Of a stretch of 64,000 bases of DNA, positions 53,701 to 64,000 are shown one piece after another (the stretch's first letter is position 1; each line of letters starts with the position of its first letter). The stretch is from assembly GCA_000165425.1 (NCBI GenBank), contig CT868492.1, positions 62,001-126,000 on the forward strand, given 5' to 3'. This stretch comes from Paramecium tetraurelia. Lineage: Eukaryota. The notes beneath the pieces were generated by a model. That model ran no database searches. It had not been told where the DNA came from and saw nothing but the letters and a program-made list of their open reading frames with translations. The translations under genes and the position numbers were made by a program.

Positions 53701-54751
53701 TTTTGATATCAACGCTTTATCGCTCTTTTAAATTCAAATTCAAAATTTATAAAGATTTTTAATTCTATATAATAATATTGTTTTAGGACAAACTCACTCT
53801 GCTAGTTTGTTTAAAGTTCAAGTCTTCTTATTAAGTCCAAGCTGAAATCTAACGAAGGTATATATCTTTTTCTGAAATTATGACTAATTACTAATACTTC
53901 CAAGAATAATCATAAGCATAAGGAAGAAATGTTGGAGTTTACAAAAATTCATACAATTCCCATTGTTTTTATTAGATCATGTATTTGAGACATATAAATT
54001 GTCCATTCTAATTCAAAATAGTAATTTATTAGTTGGTATGAAATTTAAAATCTAAAATTAGAAGATCAATATTCTCATCCTTAGTTATTTTTTTAACTTG
54101 CTCTTTATCTAGAGTACTCAATAAGACTAATTCATTATCCTGTAATTGATATAACTCTAATGAATAATATAAATTTCTTAAAACTAAGTTATCTAATTAA
54201 TCGAGTTTCCTTTGTTATCTTTAAGAATTTATAATTGTCATGAATTTCACTTAGTCTTTATTAAGTAGAGCAAAATAATCACCTTCCACATTGTTACATT
54301 CAATAACATACAATTAATTTACTTAGAGTGCATCGTAACAAATTGAAGCGTCTTTAAGATTTACTTATTAAACGACATCAATTTCTGGTGTGTTTTCAAA
54401 CATTACAGAATTATATTCTATAAAATACTTATTTTGTGCTTTGCTCAAAATAGTTATTTAATTTGTTATATCTAGATATCCTGAACTTTTATATAATTTT
54501 TAAGCTATCACCTCTCTTGGTTCTTAAAAATTATATTGACTTTATTGTATTAAACTCAATGGAGCAGAGATAGAGAAAAATTCTGATAACGGAGAGAGAG
54601 TGAATTATTTCTTATTTTTATCTCGAAAAATGTCACCAAGCTTGATATCAATTCTTTCTCCAGGCGTAGCTGTAATATAGAATGTATTGTTAGCCAATAC
54701 GGAACATCCGTAAGACATTTAGGTTAGCGTCAATAGAATAATGAACATCAT
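50774..54751 (-). CDS. Large type-I membrane protein, surface-array member 4 (~1325 aa)
   Basis: Signal MMFIILLTLTQMSYG-C; motifs TPGE, FAGQNI, SWYSG; Pro-rich stalk PPNPPGPDPD; TM FPLWATLTIIGCVILLGGIGITIWYC + KKKKVSDDQYETIP. Confidence 0.85.
51811..52210 (-). repeat. Near-identical segment, copy 2 (copy 1 at ~47249-47650)
   Basis: Same sequence taaaagtaattgatcc...ctataccaNgattatccta as 47249 onward. Confidence 0.92.
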
Positions 54752-55903
54752 TTAATTATTTTAAAAATATGAGTTTTGGAATAAATTATATTAAATTTCT
54801 GACAAGTTTTGAGTCATTAAATAATATCGATTACCTCATTCATAATTTATGATAAAATTAATAATCTTGAAATATATACATTTCAATTAAATTGTTACAT
54901 CATCGACCTAAGATGTTTGTTTAAACCTGATTATTCTTACACTACTCATTAATTAATGCATAATCAATAATTTGGTTGGTTTAAAAATCTCCTATTGAAA
55001 TACTTTTTAGATGTAATTTTGTGCATTTTATTATACAATTATTCTAAAACTTGTTCGAAGAATGATTCTGACTAAAATACATTACATAATTTTTGTTTAT
55101 TCAACTTTTTAATATTCGAATATTTCAATGTTGTTATTATGTTTCTTTTTCTTAATCATATAATCAAATTTTATGGTTACTGACCTTAGGTACAACCCTT
55201 AAGATATAAATTACTTAAAATGCAGGAATTTATCAACTCTTCAGCAAACCATTTTTATAATAATAAATAAAACAGTAATTTTGAGATAAATTATTTAGAG
55301 AATAGATAAGACACTATAAATACCATAAGACAGCATTATAAATGTTGATCAAATCTATTTCAAATAGGGAATTGAACAAATATAATGGTAATTATTGCTT
55401 TATTTAAATTATTTTCTTTTATACTAAACATTCGTTTAAACCCAAAAGGTAAAACAAAATAAAATAATATAAAATAATGTTTTTGAGAGGGACTATAAAT
55501 ATTGAATTTTAATTAATTATTATCAAATGTTATGAAATAGATATTAAAATCTTAAGAAAAATTAAAATTTATAAAAGTGTTGCCTATTAATAGGAAAACA
55601 TATCTTCATTCAGAAGGAATAGAGTGGTAGAAATCAGTCATGTAAACTATTTATTCATATTCGATATTTATTTATATAAAAACAGATTGATTATAATCGA
55701 TGACACGTATGAATACATCACAAATGATTCTTTGAAAGGCAAAATAATAATAAGCAATTAAACGAACGATACAAATAATAGTTTTATAAATATTAATTCA
55801 CAATGATTTTTGGAAATCTCAATTAAGTTGGAAAAAGTAAAAAATTGAATAACCTAAATGATATAAGTCATAAAATTTATAATAATATATTTTTAATAAA
55901 AAA

Positions 55904-58900
55904 TCATTAAATGGCTTTATATGATCTTCTTCTCTTACGATGCTTGTTTATACATATATGGATTGACACACATATGATTATACCTGCTAGAAGTACTCCC
56001 AAAACAACTATCAAAAGTATAAAGAATAATTTCATTTCTTAATCAGGAGGCGGACATGGTATCAATGTTAGATTTATTCCCAATTACACTTATTTATAGG
56101 GATTCACTGCTATCAAACTCACTGTGTTATTCTTTAATTCTGATGCATTCTTTACAACAATTCTTGCATCTGAATCAATTGTGTAAATTTACAGACTTCT
56201 TTCATCATATGCATTTATCAATAATTAATACTTTCCAAATTGACTTTTCCTTAATACAAAATTGGAGGTTACCAGCAAATCATAATCAGATTATTTTAAT
56301 CCTGCTTTGCATATGCCTGCATTATTTCTTATATCACTATTCTAATCAATTTCATAGAGACAAAAGTAATTTTTGTTCTCATATTTAAACAATTACAATA
56401 GATAATCATCAACAACACTAATGGATCTCATTTTTAATATATTACCCAATTTCAAAAACACTTAGATTATCTGTATCCTAAAATTCCCTCTCTGATATTC
56501 AAGGAAGATTTAATAGCTTTCATTAATCTGATCAACTAAAATCAATTTGCAAGAGTTAATCCCCTCTTTAAAGATCTATATCTTTATGAATCTATTTTCT
56601 AAAGGCTCTACTAATTTTTCTTGGCGAAATGGTAATTCCAAATATTCATATTTTGAAATACTTGCCTGATCCTTCGTCAATATCATTTTTAATAAAATTA
56701 TACCAAAATGGAACTCAGCCAAAATCAAGCACCCTTCATTATCAGAGATTTTCATTACATCAAAAGAAGTCACATTAAAACTTTAATGAAAATAATCTTT
56801 ATTGATTATCAAGTCATATGGTTTTATAGAAAAATCTTTGTTATTAATTTCCAAAGAGTAAAAATATAGAGTTGGAAATTCTGTCAAACTCTCTGTTAAG
56901 ATTATTTGTACATTATTTAGGAAGGACATTTCTTTGATGATTCTTCTGTCATAAAACTCCATTTTCCCCATAAATTTGCAATTTTACTTTTCTTAATCCT
57001 TCCAACAATAATAATACTTCAATATTGGTTTTTAAGCTGCTACATTTTCATACAGAACAACTAGGATATAATCTGTTAATAAAAACAATTTTGTTGCAAC
57101 ATAATTATTTTATTCACTTTACAATTCAATTTGATTTTCTATTTCACCAAAATTATTGATAAATTGCAAATATTGTTTCGTTCCTGTTAATTCAGATAAA
57201 ATTAGAAGAAAATTTTCATTGAAATTGATGAATTGCTATATTGATTTTGATTGGATCTTTTTATTGGATTTTTAGAATTGATTCATCAAGTAGATTTAAC
57301 CACTGTCATTATCAGTCGTACACAAAATACAAGATAATTTATATTAAATTCTTTGACCCTAGATCCAATTGTCCTTTATTTTGATCATCGAAACTTCTTA
57401 GCATTCCTCAAACTCAAAATCTATGTTCTCCTTTATCCATTGCATCTCCAATTACATGTCTACAACCGTAATCTCCTTAGAGTACACCCTCTTTAAACTA
57501 TAATAGTCATTCCACTCTTATTAAGACAAAATCAAAACGGATTAAAAGTGTGTAGGATCAGTCAAATAATTGATATAGAGTCTGGGTTACTCAAAATAAA
57601 GATAACTATACACTTATCTCTTATATATAAACTAAATGACTGTATCGTAAATCCCTGCAACACAATAATTCAATTCATCTTCAAAGTAGTCGAAAGTATC
57701 AATGACTGTCAATAGGGAGTTCCTTTGATATTCATTAATTTAGTAAACCAAAATTACAGTAGTTTAAGTTTGCACAGAATATGCAGTAACCAAAATTAAG
57801 TTCTTTTAAGGGTTGGAAGCCAATTAAAGCTATTTTGGCAATTAGTAGTAGTATAAGGGGAGTTTCCTTAAGAGAGTTACTGAGTTCAAATTGTGAATAA
57901 GATATTGTAAAATACCCTGTTCTGTAACTGTTTTAAAGACAACCACGAGAGTAGATCTGAATATTGATAAGAGTAATTGGACATTTTGTTGGTCGGTCAC
58001 TTGGATCTGAGAGATGACATTAAATTCATTGATATAATGTCCTATTATGATTATGTTATTGCATTTGATAAATATAAGATTCTTGTTAAAGGTATTACTA
58101 ATGTAGACCTTTTAGGCATTATTTAGATTTGATATTGTATCAATTTAAGTTTTCTTAGATAATGAGTATACTTGGATCTCATTCATGCCACTAATAAGTA
58201 CGAATACAAATTGAGAACTGATTTCAAAATCAGTGATTTAAGTTTTCTCATTTTGCAAAGAAGTTTTGATTTGAAAAATTTGAATGATCTTGGTATCACC
58301 GACTCTATATATTGTGATTACATGATTATTCTAGGTCTTTATGCCTATGTATGAATCATACATTCCTACTTCTGTCCACGCTATATTGTCTTCAACCAAT
58401 TTTATTAGTGGGTAGAAGGTGATCTTTTATGAACACTTCTGTTCTAATTCATTCATTTAACACACATAAATGAAAGCACTCAAGTTTTCAATTTACACCA
58501 AGTATTAATTAAGACCCAAATTGTTATTGATGAGACTAAATATTACATTTTTCTAATCAAATTAGCTGATTCCTGTAATAGTCATAGGAGATAATGAGAG
58601 AAATTTCATATCTATCTTCTTCTTCTTTTAATCATTAGATACTGTTATTTGTTATTGAACATTTGGGCCATTAGTAATTCTGGGCCAAGTGTAGTAGGAT
58701 TTGGGATAGGGAGGATAGTAAAATATGCTTTATTTATAAAAAGTACTTTAAAAGTTTGTATGTATCTTTGCATCTAATTTGTCATAAATAGTTAGAACAA
58801 TATTTACATAACAACTAGTACATTAGTTGTCTACTAATTTGAAATACTATTAATTTTCCTATTTTTAAATTTGTTTTTGAAACATCAAAATACCAGAACT

Positions 58901-60116
58901 AATTTCATAGAATTCTGCTTTATTTCTATGAAATAAAATATAGAGGTCGAAATTTGGATTTGCAATGAAGATTTCTTTTTAAATCTGGAATTTATCAACT
59001 AGTTCATCATCATTTAAAATAATAAGTTCTGTATCTGAATTAATCAGGTAATATTTTGGAGTTGTTTGCACATTGCAAATGCCCAAAGTAAAGTCGACCT
59101 TCTCAAATGTTCTTACCACATTATCATATCTCCCATTTTTTAGGACTCTCAAACTCATCTAATTTTTAGATACAAATCCGAACACTATAAGTTCCTCTTA
59201 CTTTCTGATTGAAAAACTATAGTATTCTGTTATATATAATGAGGTAGTTATTAATTTTGCCTATGTGAAATTGCCTTTATTATCCTGGATTAACTTGATT
59301 GGCCCCATTTTATAATCTAAAACAAACACATTATTCGAATAAACTTGAACGTCAATTACAGAGAAATATTTGAGTTCATTTTAAAATAGTTCCGAGAGTT
59401 TTTTTTTATCCAAATAGTAAGGGGTTTCTATAATTTAGTAGGAATCAATGAGGAAGACGTTAATGATTGATTGTATGCTCATGGTTTCTTCTGTGTGTGC
59501 TGGAGTATAGATTAATAGATATGTGATTGATTTGTCTCTATAAATTGCCAAATTATAAGTGCTCCTTTGCTCCGTCAATTTTGAATGTGCATGTAAAATG
59601 GTTCCACTCTTATTAATAATTTATAGCAATATTTCATCATTATCTTGACAAACAACCACAAAATTATTTTAATCCAAATAATCGAAATCTGTACAAACAT
59701 GATAGAGTGGCAATTATCCAAATCCTTCATCATTTATTATGTATATATGAAGTCCTGAGGAGTCTCTTCCCAATAAACTATACTCATTCAACCAGAAGTC
59801 TCCTTTTCTATATGATCTAGCCTTGATTGTTTCTTGAATCTCTACAACTATGCTTGAATTTCATACAATAAGGAAAATTTTTCTAATCATAAATATCGTT
59901 CGGCTATTACAATTTGAAGTATGTCCCACTCCTATCTCCTTCCAATCTAAATTTTGTCATCTCTCCTTCAATTAATTCATCCTTTATTTCCCAATACATA
60001 TTTTCATATGTAGAAATACTGATTTCCAATTCACTTTTCAATATGTCTAATGGATTTCTAAAATAATTACTGCATGATTATATGTGTCTCAGGATTATTG
60101 AAATTAATAATAACAT
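55904..60116 (-). CDS. Large type-I membrane protein, surface-array member 5 (~1390 aa)
   Basis: Signal MLLLISIILRHIQS-C; introns 60047-60070 and a 25-nt intron near 59840-59866; motif NGPNV; TM LFFILLIVVLGVLLAGIIICVSIHM + KHRKRRRSYKAIQ. Confidence 0.8.
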
Positions 60117-60656
60117 TAATAATTCTTAAATATTTGAAGAATGTAAATTTTTCTTCATATTAACATATAGAATTAATTTATTTTTATTACTAAAAGGCTT
60201 TCAATCAGAATTTATACAAGTTTCTTTTATGTTTTATGCAAATACCGAAAATGATATAAAAATATATTTTAAATATTGAGGGAGGGTTTCATCATCTTTA
60301 TAAGTGTGTGCACTCCAGCTAGTTGAGCCTGATTGAAAAGTAATCGAATTCTATCTTAAAATGAAGGTTCTTTAGGATTACTGATGATTCATAAAAAAAT
60401 TAAGAATAATAACAGTTCATATGCTATTTTAAAACTAAAAAGATTATACAAAAATAAGCTTGAAATTTTGAATTAAGATTCATTATTTTAAATAGTCTAA
60501 TTTCAGAGTATAAGTATATAATATTATATAGATGGATATTGAAATTATCAAGTTTGATAAATTATTACCTAAAATGATTGTTAAATAATCACCAAACCTG
60601 ATATATAATTAATTTGCAAATTATTTATTTGATTTATTAATAACTCAATGGGTTTT

Positions 60657-63600
60657 TCACCAAAACACATCTAGAACATTGTCCAAAAATGACTTCTCTT
60701 CCTCAATTTCTTCAGCTTTAAATTGTCTAAGCAATACTAAGCCTGTGTCTTAAGTGAAAGCATTAACGAGGGTAAGTGAAACAAATTATTGATTTAAATC
60801 ACCACCAACGTTATAGACATAAAGTTGATAAGTTGGATTCAAATAATATGTTTGTAACAAGTTCTCATTGATGTCAACATTTCTGATGATGTTAGCATAG
60901 AGTCTTGGCTAGAAATGATAAATAAAATAAATTTACGAAACCAATGTTCTTGGGAATATAGGCTAAGAAATCGTTAACTTGAGGATATCCATATTTGGAT
61001 TGGGTTCCTCCGACTAATTTAATCAAAGGTACTCCTAGGATTGGTTCTTTTGGTAACAAATAGGATGCTAACAATAATTAACTGTTATCAGTATATGCAA
61101 TGATAGCATAATCATTACCGACTGTGGCCTTATTCAATGCGGTCCAAGTGGAATATTGATTTAGGAGATAGATCACATTTTGGTAAGTCAAGGGGAGACC
61201 AGTAGAAACTGATTTGGCATCGAAGGTCAATAGAATACCATAATGAGCTGAGGTGTCAGTTGTGACGAGGACTCTGAGTTTGAGAGATTGTTCTGTTGAT
61301 GAGTATACGGGAGCTGACAATTCCAAGACTTAGTAGAATGAGCTGGATGATGAAACAAATTGACCTTGGTTGATGAATGTGTAAAGATTCAATGAAGTGT
61401 ACTTGGTTTACCATGTGATAACTCCGAAAGTGCTTATAGAGGCATCAACTGAATATAAGTTTTACTTGGCATCAACAATAAGGACTTTGAGGTAATTTGT
61501 AATTCCAACTTTGAAGGGAGCAATGTAGAAACTGCTGAAATAACTGGATTGATTTCCAAAGAAGGCTTTGTCAAATATTTGTTGTAAATCGAATGTGACT
61601 TATTGGGAACTAGCAGTCCATTTGTAAACATTGAGTGTTCCTTCATAGTTTCTGGGTCTTTGAGGATTAGAATTCAAAACGAAGACGTAATTTCCACTGA
61701 TAGCGAGTTAGGCAACAGTGAAGATTCCATCGATGGTTTGGATGGTTCCGAATTGATGGCATTCAAGTTATCCAGTAGTTGAGCATTTAGCAATGTGGAA
61801 TACCTTTTAGTTATTGAGTTGACAAGTGGCAAAGATGTAGACACCATCTTCAGTGGCAACAATGTGATCGCATGAATGGGATTAAGTGGTTGAAAGGGAG
61901 ATGGAGTAACTGGTTTCTTCTTTGTTTTCACTATCAGCAATCAAGACTCTGAGGGTTTGTTAGTTGGCTAGATAAATAGTTCTTTATCCTTTGTATGGGG
62001 CAGCGTCGATGATGTGATATCCATTGAAGGAACCTGAATCCATTTATTAGACAGTTTGAATTGGTTTGACATAAGAATCACATTGGTCGCAATCAATGTC
62101 TAAGGAGACAGCTTGTCCATCGAACCAATCGGAAACAAGGTCAATGTTTTATTCAGTTTGAGTAGCATTCAAGGGTCTGTAATCAAGAACATTCTGTTCA
62201 ATTCTTATGGTGATTTGAGTATTGATAAGGTTGATAACTTAATAATAGGTGATGGGTGTGATGTCATTGTAATTGTTGATTTGGAATTTGATAGTGTAGA
62301 CAGAAAAGTATGTAGATTAGTCATAATTTGGTTGGATTGTTAGAACAGGTTAGTCGAAATAGGAATATACTTTTTATAAGGTACCACTGTTAACATAGAA
62401 TACCATTTGACTTGATCCAGCTGTTGACATCATAATGGATGTACCATCAGCTATTTTACTGCCCAATGGAATGGCTTTGAGTAAGGAGTCTCTTAACAAC
62501 TTACCTGGGCCATAGACTAAGACAACAGTTTGAGCACTCTTACTATCATAAGCTCTAACAAAGAGCACACCAGTGTCTGAACAGAAATCAGTCTAAAGTG
62601 GAGTTTAGATTGTGTACCAGTACAATGGCACAGTTTTCATGAGATGGATGGAATTCAAATTCTAAAGATCGTATTCTTGAATCAGATTTTGAGTGGCTGA
62701 TTTTAATATAATGAAAAAGCTCTCTAATCCAACTGCCACATCTATTGATCCTTTGCTTAGAGTGATTACTTTGACAATTGTGAATTCAGCATGATAATCA
62801 GCAACAATAACATTATCGTCGTTGGTTATGAAGAGGAGGTAAGAATTGTGGACTCTGTTTCCGAAGATTCTTTAAGGATTCCATGAACCTGTGAATCCTC
62901 TGTATCTGAGCATGACTTCAGTTACTGAATATTCCAATTCAAATGGACTGTAAGTAGATCGTATATCGATTTGTTTTTTGTTTCCCAAAATAAAGTAGAA
63001 TTTATCTTTCAAGACAGTGACAGCTGTGATTTTATTAAGAGTCTCAGCTGGATATGAAATGCTATCGACAACACTGGTTCCATTAATACCACTAACTCTA
63101 ATGGTAGCCGAATAATCGTTGTCCAAAACAAGGTGGTAAATGTTGAAACCTTAATACCACCAAATGAAGTTGTTCATATTTAATTAGGTTGATACGTCGA
63201 AATTTTAATATTGCTTGCATTCTGATCTGGCTTTGAATTTGTCTCTGATGTAACATTGATAGATTGTTGTAGTCTTGTTTGTTGATTATAAGAGGAGAGC
63301 ATAACGTTCATCCTTTGCATCCAATACCAATACATCAGAATAAATCACTGAAGATGGATTTGGTAAACTAATAGATTCAAGAAGCATCTCTTGTAATTGA
63401 ACAATCTTGGCAGTCACTGTTGTGGCATCCTTTTGTGATAACAACTAAAGATAATTCAGATTTGGTCCAGAGGCAAGTGGATCAACATTGAATGGTGCAG
63501 GAATATCATACAAAAGACTTGGAAGTTACAATTCCTCTGTTGGTTAGACTGTATAATCTAAGGCATTGAACACTTTGAAGTTTATTGTCACCTTGCATTA

Positions 63601-64000
63601 GGTTGAAAATGAATCTGTGGCTACCAAAGTAAATGATTATAAAGATGATGTTGTTGTTGATGTGCTTGGGAATCTTAATAGACCATGTGTAAGTGAATAT
63701 CTTCTTGAATCTACTTAAGTGATGGAAATCAATTCAGTTTCATATGGATTAATGATGTATCCCTTGGCTCCTTCAATGACTTCCTTGTGGATGAAATCTT
63801 CATGTTCAGTACTGAACAAGTATGTGACACCCTTCTGTTAGATTATCAAAAATTATTATGAAATAACTAAGGTAGCTGGATAGGCTGCTGTGAATTCCAA
63901 AATGTATGTATTTACTGGTACCTTACCTTCAACAATTTGAATGTAATCATTGTACATGATGGCGATGACTTCCTTGACTGTTCCATCTTCTTGTAATAAG
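60657..64000 (-). CDS. Surface-array member 6, lacking a C-terminal TM (probably soluble/secreted); 5' end outside window
   Basis: Motifs ASGPNL, LMKTVPLY, LLRDSLL, DWFDG shared with members 1-5; 28-nt intron near 60910-60937; ends EEIEEEKSFLDNVLDVFW-TGA. Confidence 0.78.

Noticed and set aside
54760..55900. Unusually long AT-rich spacer, possibly a decayed gene or ncRNA
   Set aside because: No sustained ORF, repeat or RNA structure I can support

Overview
AT-rich, extremely gene-dense eukaryotic DNA that reads as ciliate macronuclear sequence, almost certainly Paramecium. TAA/TAG encode Gln, TGA is the only stop, introns are 20-34 nt GT..AG, and intergenic spacers are as short as 6-30 nt. 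The supplied standard-code ORF track is therefore fragmented, so I re-translated by hand with the ciliate code. About 27 protein genes were found: CK2 beta, ribosomal protein eL38, proteasome Rpn11, a MAP2K, a non-RD Ser/Thr kinase, a PTB/hnRNP-L-like RRM protein, a spinster-like MFS transporter, a LITAF protein, a ZC2HC1-like zinc finger, a TPR protein, a DENND4-like GEF, a CCDC17-like multi-C2 protein, two paralogous EF-hand + nephrocystin-1-like proteins, and several coiled-coil hypotheticals. The last 30 kb hold an array of six ~1,300-1,400-aa surface/secretory paralogs that appear to be built from three tandem modules. Two of them share a ~96%-identical gene-conversion-like tract, and one lacks the TM anchor. 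Other oddities: a triple compensated frameshift in the Rpn11 Ins-1 loop, three further small-insertion frameshifts (possibly assembly errors), a decayed Ran-like pseudogene, and a small RVxF+CaaX protein. All family calls come from remembered motifs, not database searches.
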